In this document: one piece after another, positions 52,758 through 63,812 of the stretch
Position numbering within the stretch: the first letter of the stretch is position 1
Layout of the letters: every line of letters begins with the position of its first letter
Source of the DNA: an uncultured delta proteobacterium
Lineage (GTDB): Bacteria; Desulfobacterota; Desulfobacteria; Desulfobacterales; UBA2156
Reading direction: 5' to 3'
DNA length: 64,000 nt
NCBI GenBank assembly: GCA_963736855.1
Contig: CAVTQK010000015.1
Coordinates: 727,345-791,344, forward strand
Translations under genes and position numbers: made by a program
The notes under the pieces: model-generated
Told to the model about the DNA's origin: nothing
Seen by the model: the letters and a program-made list of their open reading frames with translations, nothing else
Database searches by the model: none

Positions 52758-53999
52758 GGGGATCCTCGGCAGGAACATGGGCACCTGGGCCCGCACCGTA
52801 TCACCGCCCGGCTCGGTTGCGGAGAGCAGCGCCTGCACCACCGGGCCGGGGCCGAGGCCGGACGCGGACACGACCAGGAAGACGCGCCGGTGCTCCCCGG
52901 GCGCGAGCTCGACCCGGTCCGGGCTGACCGTGGCCTGGCCGCGGGCCGGGACGAGGGCGAGCGCGAGCGTCACCGCCCGGCGGCCGCGGTTCTCCAGCGC
53001 CACGTCGTAGGCGTTCACCACCCGGCCGTCGGGCCCGAGCCGGGGGACGAACCGGGAGGAGAGGGCCGCGGTCAGGTCGAGGCTCTGGCGCGGCCGGCCT
53101 GGACGGCGGCGGCCACCGTTCCTCCCACGGCGAGGATCGACACCGCCGCGAGCGCCAGCACCACCGGCCGCAGGAGGCGCGGCCGCTCGCCCGGCGCCCC
53201 GAAGAAGTAGTCGACCAGGGTGGGCTTCCCGAACCGCGCCAGGATGGGGGCGCAGGCGTCGACGCACTGGGCGCAGGCGATGCACTCGGCCTGCAGCCCG
53301 TCGCGGATGTCGATGCCGGTGGGGCAGACCCGGACGCAGGCCAGGCAGTCGATGCACTCGGCGTCGCGCCGCTCGTCGTAGGCCACCACCAGCGTGGCCC
53401 GGTCGAAGAGCACGCCCTGCAGCTTGGCGTACGGGCAGGTGGTGGCGCAGAAGCCGGCCGCGGACGAAGGCCAGGTCGAGGAAGAGGGTGACGCCGAGCA
53501 CGGCCCAGGCGCCGCCCAGGACCGGACCGAGGTCGAGGGCGACGAGGCGCGCGAAGAACTCCCCGGGGGTGACGAAGTACCAGAGGGTGGCCGCCGAGAA
53601 GACCACCGCGACCAGCGCCACCGTCCCCCAGGCGAGCGCCAGCCGGGCCGGGCGCCGCTTCTTCCGGGCGCGCTCGGACTGGAGCGCCTGGGTGAGGTCG
53701 CCGAGGATGGTCTGGGGACAGCTCCAGCCGCACCAGACCCGGCCCCAGACGAAGGTGACGAGCAGGAAGACGAAGGTGAGGGCCAGGGTCGCGAGCAGGA
53801 CGACGAAGAACTCGTCCATCCAGAGGGTGGCGCCGAGGAAGTGGAGGCGCAGGCTCCCGACGTCGAAGCGCAGCGCGCTCTCTCCACGGACGGTGACGAA
53901 GGGCAGGCCCAGGAAGATCGCCGCCTGCGCGATGCCGGCCCACCGTCGCCAGGGACCGATGCGCCGCGTGGTCGGCCCGGTGCCGCTACTCGTCGTCAT
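52754..53999 (-). CDS. ccoG: 4Fe-4S cytochrome c oxidase accessory protein (frameshifted)
   Basis: 'GRVWCGWSCPQT', 'CPY', 'CIDCLACVRVCP', 'CIACAQCVDAC', C-terminal Ig domain. Confidence 0.92.
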
Positions 54000-54144
54000 C
54001 GAGCATCTTGTACTTCGCCGCCTCGACGCTCGCCTTCCTCTTCTTCGAGAAGTAGTGGACGATCACCCAGACCAGCGCCGCGCTGAGGAGCAGCCCGAAG
54101 GCCAGGTACACCCAGTCGTCGCCGGGGATGGTCTCGGGCCTCAT
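53986..54144 (-). CDS. ccoQ: cbb3 oxidase small subunit (not in ORF track)
   Basis: Hand translation 'MRPETIPGDDWVYLAFGLLLSAALVWVIVHYFSKKRKASVEAAKYKMLDDE*'. Confidence 0.75.
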   Translation of the reverse strand: MRPETIPGDDWVYLAFGLLLSAALVWVIVHYFSKKRKASVEAAKYKMLDDDE

Positions 54145-54163
54145 GGCGTCGCCGGCCGGAGCG

Positions 54164-54470
54164 CTACTTCCCGGCCTTGCGCCGGCGGGCCGCCAGGTAG
54201 AGCCCGATGGCGGCCATCGTCGGCAGGGCCGTGAAGAGGATGGTCATGAAGATGTTGGCCCCGGCGTCACCGGAGACGGCGACCGCCCCCTGCACCGATT
54301 CCTCGTAGGCCCGCGACTGCGACCAGCCGCCCAGGGAGGGCGAGTAGGTCCACGACGTAGTAGACGCCCCAGACGATGAGTCCCCAGAAGAGGGCCCACC
54401 AGCCCAGCGGGATCTTGCTGGCCGTCTCCTTGGCCTCGAGTCCGTCCGCGGTGTCGGGAAGTTCGTTCAT
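54164..54470 (-). CDS. CcoP N-terminal-domain-only membrane protein (no heme motif); one indel
   Basis: 'KIPLGWWALFWGLIVWGVYY...GGWSQSRAYEES' plus a second TM 'IFMTILFTALPTMAAIGLYL'. Confidence 0.7.
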
Positions 54471-54484
54471 GGCCGTCGATCCTC

Positions 54485-55466
54485 TCAGTGCTTTCCGCCG
54501 GTCTCGTGCTCGCGCTTCTCCGTCGCGGGCGACTCGCTGCCCTCGTGATGCTGCTGCGCGCGGATGAAGCTCACGATCCTCCAGATGCCGTCGGGCGGGA
54601 TCTGGGAGCCGAAGGCCTCCATGCCGCCGTCGGCGAGGCCCGGGCGTCCGATGGCCTTCTTCGCGTCGCTGCCGCCTGCGATGATGGCGAAGTACTCGCC
54701 GTCGGTTCCGTAGCCGGGCTGTCCGAGGAACTTGTCCTCGGTGAACGAGGGGCCGATGCCGCCGTGCCCCTCGTCGCCGTGGCAGACCGAGCAGCTCTCG
54801 GCGTAGAGCGCCGCACCCGCCGCGATGGCCTGTGGGGAGCTGCCGAAGGGGTTCGTGGCCGCCAGGTCGTAGCTGCCGGCGGCCTTGGGCTTCTCGACCG
54901 CGTGGCCGAGCTGCTGGGTGTAGGCGATGAGCGCGTCCATCTCGGTCTTGCCCGCGAGCTCGGCGATCTGCTCCGGCCGTGTAGGGCAGGGAGAGCGCGT
55001 CCATGTGGGCCTTGACCGAGACCGGGTCGAGCTTCTGCTGCTTCATCCAGCCGTAGGCCGGCATGTTGGAGCGCGGCACGATGACCTGCGGGTTCTCGTA
55101 GTGGGCCAGGTGCCAGGAGTCGGGGCGCTTGCCCCCCTCGCGCGCCAGGTCGGGGCCGGTGCGCTTCGAGCCCCAGAGGAAGGGGCGGTCGTAGGCGAAC
55201 TCACCGGCCTTGGAGTAGTCGCCGTAGCGCATCACCTCGGTGCGCAGCGGACGCACCATCTGGGTGTGGCAGTTGACGCAGCCCTCGCGCTGGTAGATGT
55301 CGCGCCCGGCCAGCTGCAGCGCCGTGAAGGGGCGCAGGTTCTCGAGCTTGGGGTGCATCTCCGGCCGCAACATGGGATAGGCCATCATCACGATGGAGCC
55401 GGCCAGGACCGCCACCGTGACCATCAGGGTGAAGACGATGGGCTTGCTGTAGATCTTTCCCGCCAT
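54485..55466 (-). CDS. ccoO: cbb3 oxidase subunit II fused to an extra cytochrome c domain (frameshift ~54975)
   Basis: 'GRDIYQREGCVNCHTQMVR', 'WGSKRTGPDL', 'SNMPAY', second heme 'CSVCH...GPS...GMEAF'. Confidence 0.9.
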
Positions 55467-55481
55467 GGCTCTCGCCCTCCC

Positions 55482-56906
55482 CTACGCCGCCACCGGGGCC
55501 GCGGACTTCCCGCCGGCCTCGAGCGCGCGCCCCTTCTGGATGGTCAGCAGCACGTTCAGCACGAAGACCACCATGCCGACGATGAAGATGGTCCCGCCCA
55601 GCGACCGCAGCGTGCCAGTACGGGTAGTTCTTCACCAGGGATCTCCATGAACGTGTACTTGAGGGTTCCCTCCGGGGTGAGCGCCTTCCACATGGCGCCC
55701 TGCTGGATGCCGGTGATCCAGCCGGTGACCGAGAAGATGAGCTGCCCGACCAGCACCAGCCAGAAGTGCAGGTTGGCGAGCTTCACGCTGTAGATCTCGG
55801 TGCCGTAGATCTTGGGGATGACGTAGTAGATCGAGGCCGTCACCGTGAGTGCAACCCAGCCCATGGTGCCCATGTGCACGTGGCCGGGGACCCAGTCGGT
55901 GAAGTGGATGAGCTGGGAGACGACCCGGAGCCCCTGGGTGGGCCCCTGCACCGTCTGCAGGCCGTAGAAGGTGATGCCCAGGATGAAGAACTTGGCCAGG
56001 TAGTCGGTCTTCATCCGGCCCCAGTCCTCGCCGATGGTGCCGTAGCCGTTCACCACCGAGCCCCACGACGGGGCGATGAGGAAGAGGGTGAAGACGATGG
56101 CGAGCGTCTGGATCCAGTCGGGCAGCGGCGAGTAGACCAGGTGGTGGGCGCCGGTCCACAGGTAGCCGAACACCAGCGACCAGAAGGCCACGATGGAGAG
56201 CCGGTGGCTGTAGATGGGGAGCCCCGTGGACTTGGGGAGGAAGTAGTAGAACATGGCCAGGATGGGCATGGTGAAGACGAAGCCCACCACGTTGTGGCCG
56301 TACCACCACTCGACGTTGGCCGAGTTCACGCCCGCGAAGAGGTGGTAGCTCTTGAGGAGCCCGGCCGGGATCGACAGGTTGTTCACGATGTAGAGCACCG
56401 CCACGCCGACGACGGTGGCGATGATGTACCAGAGCGAGATGTACATCTGCTCCTCGCGCCGGACCAGGATGGTCCCGACCACGTTCACCGCGAACATCAC
56501 CCAGAGGATGACGATGGCGATGTCGAGGGGCCACTCCATCTCGGCGTACTCGAGCGACTGGGTGTACCCCATGGAGAGGGTGACGAGGGCGAGCAGGATG
56601 CCCACGTTGAAGAGCCAGAGCTGCAGCCGCGCCAGCTTCGGGAAGAGGAGCGGGCGGCGCGGTGAGCCGCATGAGCATGTAGTAGGAGAGGCCGAAGATG
56701 GCGCCCACTCCCAGGCCGAAGCCCAGGATGTTGGTGTGCACCGTCCGCAGCCGGCCGAAGCTGGCCCAGGGTGCGAAGTTGAGGGCCGGCGCGAACATCT
56801 GCACCGAGATGAGGAGCCCCACCACCAGCCCCACCACGGCCCATACGATGGCCGAGAGGACGTACCCCTCCACCGTCTTGTAGTCGTACCGGTATTCCTC
56901 GTTCAT
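55482..56906 (-). CDS. ccoN: cbb3-type cytochrome c oxidase subunit I (frameshifted)
   Basis: 'FGRLRTVHTN', 'EYAE', 'WWYGHN', 'WTGAHH', 'DWVPGHVH'. Confidence 0.95.
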
Positions 56907-56995
56907 CGTTCCCTCCGCCTGGAACGGCGCGGCGAAAGACTACAAGAACCGTTCCAGGCATGGTGGAGCGATCTGGGGCTGATCGGCGGCAGGAG

Positions 56996-57009
56996 CTGAC
57001 GCAGATCAA
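56996..57009 (-). promoter_or_regulatory. FNR/CRP-family box upstream of ccoN
   Basis: Minus strand TTGAT-CTGC-GTCAG versus consensus TTGAT-N4-ATCAA, ~90 bp before the ccoN start. Confidence 0.7.
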
Positions 57010-57044
57010 GAGCAGCGGCGCAGGCTTTGCGACATAGTGGACCC

Positions 57045-57674
57045 GTGGGCGCCATTTTTTCGTTATTCACTCAGGGTGTTACACTGGGCTTCTCGGCAGC
57101 GGCCTCACCGGGGCCGTTCCAGGCCTTCCTCCTCGCCCAGGCATCTCGCCACGGCGTGCGGCGGACGTTGCCCCTCGCCCTCGCACCCCTGGTGAGCGAC
57201 GGACCCATCGTGGCGGTGATCCTCCTCGCCCTGACCCGGGTCCCGGAGGGATTCCTGCGGGGCCTGGAGGTCGCGGGCGGGGTCCTCCTGCTCTGGCTGG
57301 CCTGGGGGAGCTGGCACACCACGGGTGAACCGGGAGCCGGGACGGCGGCGGCCCCGGAGGGCGCGGGCGGGTCGTTCCTCCGTGCCGTGGCCGTGAACGC
57401 GGCGGGCCCCGGACCCTGGATCTTCTGGAGCACGGTCTGCGGCCCCATCCTGGCCGAGGCCTGGAGCGCCGGGCCGGCCCGGGCGATCGCCTTCCTGGCC
57501 GGTTTCTACCTCCTCCTCGTGGGCGGGAAGGCGGCGCTGGTCGTGGCCTTCGGGCTGGCCGGCCGCATCGGCCCTCGCACGGCGCGCGGGCTGGGGCTGG
57601 CCGCGGCCGCGGGCATGGCCGGGATGGGGGCGCTGCAGCTCTGGCGTGGCCTCAGCGGCCTGGCTGGCGGGTGA
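57045..57674 (+). CDS. LysE-family translocator
   Basis: 'SPGP', 'SDGPI', hydrophobic profile, 'PGPWIFW'. Confidence 0.85.
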   Translation: MGAIFSLFTQGVTLGFSAAASPGPFQAFLLAQASRHGVRRTLPLALAPLVSDGPIVAVILLALTRVPEGFLRGLEVAGGVLLLWLAWGSWHTTGEPGAGTAAAPEGAGGSFLRAVAVNAAGPGPWIFWSTVCGPILAEAWSAGPARAIAFLAGFYLLLVGGKAALVVAFGLAGRIGPRTARGLGLAAAAGMAGMGALQLWRGLSGLAGG

Positions 57675-59340
57675 GCTCCTCGGCGGTGACGAAGCGCGGC
57701 GCGACGTCCACCGGGATCCCGCGCAGCCGCTCGAGCACCTCCGCCACCGGCGGGCGGATGACCGCCATCCGGTCGAGGAGCGCCTTCGCCCTCGCCGCGT
57801 CGCCGCTGGCCTGGATCTCCAGGATCTCCCGGGAGAGCGACTCGACCGCGGCGCGGATCTTCCCGTCCACCACCGAGAAGCGGCCGTCCTTCCCCACCAC
57901 CACGCCGCCCTGGTCGAGGAACCAGTTGAGCTGCAGCGCCACGCCCCGTCCGTGGGCCTCGTTCACGCCGAACCGGATGGAGCGGAAGGACGAGGCCAGG
58001 AAGGTGGCGTACATGGTCCTCTCGAGCTCCTTCGGGAGCACCCCGCGGTCCACCAGGCGGTGCAGCGCGAACAGGCCCACCACGTCGGCCTTGGCCTCCT
58101 CGATGGCCGGGTAGGACGGACCGAGCTGCTCGCGGACCGTGGTGCGGCCGGACGGTCGCTCGAGGCCGTGGGGACCGAGGCCGTGCACCATCTCGTGCAT
58201 GAGGATGTGGGTGAAGAAGGCGTCGAAGGTGACCCGCTTGCCGTCGGCCGGCGAGACCGCCACCTTCGAGATGGGCAGCAGCACCTTCTGGAACTTGGCC
58301 TCCTGGACGTTCTTCAGCATCACCCGCTTGGCTCCCTTCTCGCGGAGGATGCGCTCGTCGTTGGGGAGGTTGAAGGCGGCGGTGGTGACGCCGCGGCGCC
58401 CGTCGCCGGCGGCGAAGATCTCGTTCACCACGCGGATGGGGGCGAGCGCACCCAGCTTCGGGTTGCGGAGGGCCGGGTCCATGGGCAGGTGATCCTCGAT
58501 GTCCTGCAGCTCGCCGGACAGGCGGGCGACCTTCCTGGTCTCGGGGTCGTCCCGGACGGTGACGAAGGACTCGAAGGCGGCCTTGGCGTTGAACCAGCCG
58601 TCCTCGTAGGTCTCGTACGGGCCGAAGGTGGGCTCGACCGCGGCGTCGAGCTCCATCCAGGCCACGTCGCTCTCGTAGTAATCGTCGGAGAGGAGCGCCG
58701 AGGCGCGCGTCTCGAGGAAGCGCTTGAGGGTGGGCTCCGCGGTGGCGCCGGCCGCCTGGCGCAGGAGCGAGGCGGCCAGCGCCAGCTCGGGCTGGTACTC
58801 GACCGAGTAGGGGACCGTCACCAGCCCGGCGGGCGTGCGGCGGATCACCGTGAAGAAGCCGGTCGCCAGCGCGCGCTCCTTCTCCGGCAGGGCGGCGTTC
58901 CAGGCCGCGATCTCCTCCTTGGTCGTTCCGGGAGGGTAGTAGGTGCCGGCCTCGGGCTTGGGGGGCGCCCGGGGGACGAAGACCCGGTCGTGGTCGAGAC
59001 GGTCCCACGGTCCCTTGTTGCGCAGGAAGTAGGCGAGCCGCGCCCGGCCGAGCGGCGACGGGTCGTCGAGGAGGGCGAGCAGCATGCCGTCCGCGCCCGC
59101 CCACTGCTGGCGGAGGTACAGGCCGTCCACCACCCGGCTCGCCTCGACGAGCAGGGCGAGCGTCTTCCGCTCCCCCTCCGGGAGCTTCGAGAGGTCCACG
59201 ACGAGATCCACGGGGGCGTACTGGGTCTCGAGCCGGCGGAGGGCGGCGGCGTCGGGGAGCTTCCCGGCGGCGGCGGGGGCCGGCTCGGCCTGGACCGTGC
59301 CGGCGAGGAGGAGGACGAGGGCGGCGAAGGGTGAGCGCAT
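57652..59340 (-). CDS. Peptidase M49 / dipeptidyl peptidase III-like (Nudix3-type) protein, secreted
   Basis: Signal peptide, 'NKGPWDRLD', 'GPYETYED', 'AFNLPNDE', 'HEMVHGLGP', 'EEAKAD'. Confidence 0.88.
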   Translation of the reverse strand: MRSPFAALVLLLAGTVQAEPAPAAAGKLPDAAALRRLETQYAPVDLVVDLSKLPEGERKTLALLVEASRVVDGLYLRQQWAGADGMLLALLDDPSPLGRARLAYFLRNKGPWDRLDHDRVFVPRAPPKPEAGTYYPPGTTKEEIAAWNAALPEKERALATGFFTVIRRTPAGLVTVPYSVEYQPELALAASLLRQAAGATAEPTLKRFLETRASALLSDDYYESDVAWMELDAAVEPTFGPYETYEDGWFNAKAAFESFVTVRDDPETRKVARLSGELQDIEDHLPMDPALRNPKLGALAPIRVVNEIFAAGDGRRGVTTAAFNLPNDERILREKGAKRVMLKNVQEAKFQKVLLPISKVAVSPADGKRVTFDAFFTHILMHEMVHGLGPHGLERPSGRTTVREQLGPSYPAIEEAKADVVGLFALHRLVDRGVLPKELERTMYATFLASSFRSIRFGVNEAHGRGVALQLNWFLDQGGVVVGKDGRFSVVDGKIRAAVESLSREILEIQASGDAARAKALLDRMAVIRPPVAEVLERLRGIPVDVAPRFVTAEELTRQPGR

Positions 59341-59367
59341 GGTAGGCGAGTCTAATAGCTTCACGTC

Positions 59368-59931
59368 GTGATCGCCCTCGTCGTCGCGCTCGCCCTCGCC
59401 GCCCCGCCCACCGCGCTCCCCCGCGTCTCCTTCCTCACCACGCTCGGCGACTTCGTCGTCGAGGTGGACGTGGCCCGAGCGCCCGCCTCGGCGAGGAACT
59501 TCCTCCGCTACGTCGACGCGGGGCGCTACGGCGGAGGCGCCTTCCACCGGACCGTCACCACCACTCCGGACAACCAGCCCGGGAAGGCCGTGAAGATCGA
59601 CGTGGTCCAGGCCGGCCCCGCACCCGGGGAGGACTTCCCGGCGGTGAAGCTCGAGCGTACCCGCGACACCGGGCTCTCCCACGGGGACGGCACGGTCTCC
59701 CTGGCCCGGGACGGCCCGGACACCGCAACCTCCGACTTCTTCGTCTGCGTGGGCGCGCAGCCGGCCCTCGACTTCGGGGGCACGCGGAACCCCGACGGGC
59801 AGGGATTCGCCGCCTTCGGCCGGGTGGTCTCGGGCATGGAGGTGGTGCGGCGGATCCACGCCGCGCCCGCGAAAGGGCAGTCGCTTGCACCTCCGGTGAA
59901 GATCCTCGGGGCCGCCCGGGTAGCCCCCTGA
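59368..59931 (+). CDS. Cyclophilin-type peptidyl-prolyl isomerase
   Basis: 'NFLRYV', 'FHR', 'GTVSLAR', 'ATSDFF', 'FGRVVSGMEVV'. Confidence 0.9.
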   Translation: MIALVVALALAAPPTALPRVSFLTTLGDFVVEVDVARAPASARNFLRYVDAGRYGGGAFHRTVTTTPDNQPGKAVKIDVVQAGPAPGEDFPAVKLERTRDTGLSHGDGTVSLARDGPDTATSDFFVCVGAQPALDFGGTRNPDGQGFAAFGRVVSGMEVVRRIHAAPAKGQSLAPPVKILGAARVAP

Positions 59932-59948
59932 GCATCGGCCGACGACGA

Positions 59949-60737
59949 CTACCCCGCCGCGCGGCTCTCCCAGCCGAGGGCGGCCCGCTCGGCCTTCAGC
60001 TCGGCCTCGGCCGCGGCGATGCGCCCCCGCACCGTCTCCATGAGCTTCACCACGTCTCCGCCGGCCATGCCCTTCGTCTCGACGGGCTCGAGCACCCGGA
60101 CGAGCACCGCCGTGGGGCGGATCCAGGGGCTCCCCTTCGGCATGCCGTAGGCCGATCCGGTCACCGCGACCGGCAGGATCGGCACCTGGGCCTCGATGGC
60201 CAGCCGGAAGGCGCCCGGCTTGAAGGGGCCCATCCTGCCGTCCCGGCTGCGGGTGCCCTCCGGGAAGATCATGACCGGCATGCCGTGGTCCAGGTACCAG
60301 CGCGCCTTCTGGAGGGCCGCGCCACCGCTCTCGCGGTCGCCGCGGTTCACCGGGATGTCGCCGGAGAGCCGGAAGAAGAGGCCGAAGAAGGGGATCTGGA
60401 AGACCTCCTCCTTGGCGATCCACTTCATCTCGCGGCGCTGGCGCGCCATGGCGAAGATGTCGAGGAACGACTGGTGATTCGAGGTGCACACGTACGCCCC
60501 CGTGCTGGGCTGCTCCCCCTCGATGCGCACGTGCCAGAAGGGGAACACGTAGGTCGGGGTGGAGCCGACGAGCCGCAGGAACCGGCCCGGGATGCGGCGG
60601 GTCCTGTCGAAGGGCACGGTGACCACCACGAGCAGGACCATCACCGGGAACATGAGGACGATGATCAGGACCGAGATCACGTAGGACAGGGCCGCGAGCA
60701 CGTTCACGACCAGGGCGGGCAGGTGGGGCGGGCGCAC
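59949..60737 (-). CDS. 1-acyl-sn-glycerol-3-phosphate acyltransferase (PlsC family)
   Basis: 'NHQSFLD', 'FPEGTRS', 'FKPGAF'. Confidence 0.92.
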   Translation of the reverse strand: MRPPHLPALVVNVLAALSYVISVLIIVLMFPVMVLLVVVTVPFDRTRRIPGRFLRLVGSTPTYVFPFWHVRIEGEQPSTGAYVCTSNHQSFLDIFAMARQRREMKWIAKEEVFQIPFFGLFFRLSGDIPVNRGDRESGGAALQKARWYLDHGMPVMIFPEGTRSRDGRMGPFKPGAFRLAIEAQVPILPVAVTGSAYGMPKGSPWIRPTAVLVRVLEPVETKGMAGGDVVKLMETVRGRIAAAEAELKAERAALGWESRAAG

Positions 60738-60775
60738 GTCCGGATCTCTACCATTTCCCGATACAATCCCGCACC

Positions 60776-61686
60776 GTGCCCGAGCTCCCGGACGTGGAGG
60801 TGTACGTCGAGGCCCTGCGCGACCGGATCCTGGGCCGGCCGCTCGAGCGGGTGCGGCTCGGCAGCCCCTTCCTGCTCCGGACCGTCGAGCCCCCGCTCTC
60901 CGCCGTCGCCGGAAGGCGCGTCGCGTCGGTGTCGCGGATGGGGAAGCGGATCGTCCTGGCGCTCGACGGCGACCTCTTCCTCTGCCTCCACCTCATGGTC
61001 GCCGGTCGCCTCCACTGGAAGCCCGCCGGTGCGAGGCTGCCAGGCAAGGTGGGGCTCGCCGCCTTCGACTTCCCCGACGGGACCGTCACCCTGACCGAGG
61101 CGGGCACGAAGCGGCGCGCGGCGCTCCACGCCTTCACCGGCAAGGGCGGGCTCGTGGCTCTCGATCGGGGCGGGATCGAGCCGCTCCAGGCCTCGCAGGC
61201 CGAGTTCCGCGAGGCGCTCCGGCGGGAGAACCACACGCTCAAGCGTGCCCTCACCGACCCGCGCCTGCTGGCCGGGATCGGCGGTGCCTACTCCGACGAG
61301 ATCCTCCACCGGGCCCGGCTCTCCCCCATGCAGCTCACCTCCCGACTGTTCGACGGCGAGGTGGAGCGACTGCGCATGGCCACCCGCGAGGTCCTCTCGG
61401 AGTGGACGGAGCGGCTGCGGACGCGAGGCCGGCGGCGGAGTTCCCGGAGAAGGTCACCGCCTTCCGCGAGGGGATGGCCGTGCACGGCCGCCACCGGCAG
61501 CCCTGCCCGGTCTGCGGCACCGCCGTGCAGCGCATCGTGCACGCCGAGAACGAGACCGGCTACTGCCCGCGCTGCCAGACCGGCGGCCGGATCCTCTCCG
61601 ACCGGTCGCTCTCCCGGCTGCTCAAGGACGACTGGCCGCGGACGGTGGAGGAGATGGAGGCGCTCGAGGAGCGCAGACGGGAGTAG
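60776..61686 (+). CDS. mutM: Fpg/Nei-family DNA glycosylase (frameshift ~61425)
   Basis: 'MPELPDV', 'RMGK', 'HLMVAG', H2TH '[12 protein letters not shown]', zinc finger CPVC/CPRCQ. Confidence 0.9.
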
Positions 61687-61695
61687 GCTGCCGGC

Positions 61696-62673
61696 ATGAA
61701 GACCCGGATCACCGAGCTGCTGGGCATCGAGCACCCCATCATCCAGGGCGGCATGCACTTCGTCGGCTTCGCCGAGCTGGCGGCGGCGGTGTCGAACGCC
61801 GGGGGGCTCGGCATCGTCACCGGCCTCACCCAGCGCACTCCCGAGCTGCTCGCGAACGAGATCCGGCGCTGCCGCGAGATGACCCAGAAGCCCTTCGGCG
61901 TGAACCTCACCTTCCTCCCCTCGGTCACGTCGCCCGACTACCCCGGCTACGTGCGGGCCATCGTGGAGGGGGGCGTGAAGGTGGTCGAGACCGCCGGAAA
62001 CAACCCGCAGCAGGTGCTCCCGCACCTCCACGCGGCGGGGATCAAGGTGATCCACAAGTGCACCTCGGTCCGCCACGCGCTGAAGGCCCAGTCCATCGGC
62101 TGCGACGCGGTGAGCGTGGACGGATTCGAGTGCGGCGGCCACCCCGGCGAGGACGACGTCCCGAACTTCATCCTGCTGCCCCGCGCCGCCGACGAGCTCG
62201 AGATTCCCTTCGTCGCCTCCGGCGGCATGGCCGACGGCCGGTCGCTGGTGGCGGCGCTCGCGCTGGGCGCCGACGGCATCAACATGGGCACCCGCTTCAT
62301 CGCCACGAAGGAGGCCCCGGTCCACGAGAACGTGAAGAAGGCCATCGTGGCCGCCTCGGAGCTCGACACGCGGCTCGTCATGCGCCCGCTGCGCAACACC
62401 GAGCGGGTGCTCCGGAACGGCGCGGCCGACCGGCTGCTCGAGAAGGAACGGACCCTCGGGGCGAACCTCAAGTTCGAGGACATCCGCGAGGAGGTGGCCG
62501 GCGTGTATCCGAAGATCATGCTGGAAGGGGCCATGGACGCGGGCGTCTGGTCCTGCGGGATGGTGGCCGGCCTCATCGACGACATCCCCACCGTGAAGGA
62601 GCTGGTCGACCGGATCATGGCCGAGGCCAGCGCCATCATCCGGGAGCGCCTGGCCGGGTTCGTCGGTGGCTAG
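61696..62673 (+). CDS. Nitronate monooxygenase / FabK-like flavoprotein
   Basis: 'PIIQGGM', 'AVSNAGGLG', 'GFECGGH', 'ASGGMADG', 'MGTRF'. Confidence 0.92.
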   Translation: MKTRITELLGIEHPIIQGGMHFVGFAELAAAVSNAGGLGIVTGLTQRTPELLANEIRRCREMTQKPFGVNLTFLPSVTSPDYPGYVRAIVEGGVKVVETAGNNPQQVLPHLHAAGIKVIHKCTSVRHALKAQSIGCDAVSVDGFECGGHPGEDDVPNFILLPRAADELEIPFVASGGMADGRSLVAALALGADGINMGTRFIATKEAPVHENVKKAIVAASELDTRLVMRPLRNTERVLRNGAADRLLEKERTLGANLKFEDIREEVAGVYPKIMLEGAMDAGVWSCGMVAGLIDDIPTVKELVDRIMAEASAIIRERLAGFVGG

Positions 62674-63812
62674 GTTCTGGCGCCCTTCCGTGCCGCGATG
62701 ACCTGCCGGTAGAGCTCGACGAGCCGGTCCGCCGAGACCTCGACCCGGTAGTGCTGGGCCGCGTCCCGGTAGCCCCCGCGCGCTCGCGCCAGCCCCGCCG
62801 GGTCGTCGATCCAGCGGTCGATCCGCGCGGTGAGCGCCTCGCGGTCGCCGGCGGGGAAGAGGAACTCGGGGGAGATCGCGAACTGCGGGGTCGCGCTCAG
62901 GGGCGAGTCGGCGATCACGCAGGGGAGACCGCAGGCCATGGCCTCGAGCACCGACATGCACTCGACCTCGACGTCGGCGGCGTGGACGCAGAGGTCGGCC
63001 CCACCGTAGTAGCGGATGAGCTCGTGCGGCTCGAGCCACCGGAAGACCGGTGCGTGGGTGAGCACCTTGCCCTGCTCCACGAGCCGGTCCTTGAGCGGCC
63101 CGTCGCCGAGGATGACGAGCTGGATCTCCCTCTCGTGCCGGGAACGGCGGATGGCCTCGATGAGGAGGTCGTGCCGCTTCTCCTTGGCGAGCCGCCCCAC
63201 CGACAGGATGGTGAACCTCCCCTCGAACCGCTCGCACTCCTCGCGCGGCAGCGGCCGGTACTCGGGAGGGACGCCGTTCGAGATCACCTTCGTGGGGACC
63301 CGGAGCCCGTAGCGGCGGAGCTCCCTCTCGGCGAAGGCGCTCGGGCAGAGCACGGCGTCGGACCGGTTGTAGGTGGTGCGCAGGAAGAACCCGTAGGTCC
63401 AGTCCACCAGCGTCGCGCTGCGGATGCCCACGTTGTGGAGCAGGTGCTCGGCCTGGACGTGGAAGGTCGAGACCACCGGGATGCCCGCCCGCCGGGCCAC
63501 GCCGATGGCCTTCATCCCCAGGTAGAACGGGAACTGGTTGTGGACCACGTCCTGGCGCCCGATGACCTCCTCCAGGATTCTCCGGTCGGGCCAGGCGAAG
63601 GGCAGGCGCATCTTCTCCATGATGTTGCCGGGCGTGGGGATGACGAAGGACTTGAGCGGGATCTTTCCCGGTGCGGCAGCGCCCGTGGCGAGGATCTCGA
63701 CCAGGTGTCCCCGCTCCCGGAGGATCTGGACGAACCGGCGCGTCGAGACCACCGCGCCGTTGTTGGCGTCGTCCCAGGCGTCGATGACCATGGCGATGCG
63801 GAGCTGGCTCAC
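62670..63812 (-). CDS. GT4-family glycosyltransferase (glycolipid synthase-like)
   Basis: 'NNGAVVST', 'ISNGV', 'VGRLAKEK', 'EVECMSVLEAMACG'. Confidence 0.9.
   Translation of the reverse strand: MSQLRIAMVIDAWDDANNGAVVSTRRFVQILRERGHLVEILATGAAAPGKIPLKSFVIPTPGNIMEKMRLPFAWPDRRILEEVIGRQDVVHNQFPFYLGMKAIGVARRAGIPVVSTFHVQAEHLLHNVGIRSATLVDWTYGFFLRTTYNRSDAVLCPSAFAERELRRYGLRVPTKVISNGVPPEYRPLPREECERFEGRFTILSVGRLAKEKRHDLLIEAIRRSRHEREIQLVILGDGPLKDRLVEQGKVLTHAPVFRWLEPHELIRYYGGADLCVHAADVEVECMSVLEAMACGLPCVIADSPLSATPQFAISPEFLFPAGDREALTARIDRWIDDPAGLARARGGYRDAAQHYRVEVSADRLVELYRQVIAARKGART

Noticed and set aside
16800..56700. Mass pseudogenisation or programmed frameshifting
   Set aside because: Indels are scattered, often in G/C runs and sometimes compensating, in genes with intact catalytic motifs; no consistent slippery-site or stimulator pattern
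8874..59340. M1, S46 and M49 peptidases as one proteolytic system
   Set aside because: They are tens of kb apart, in unrelated operons, and common in myxobacteria-like genomes
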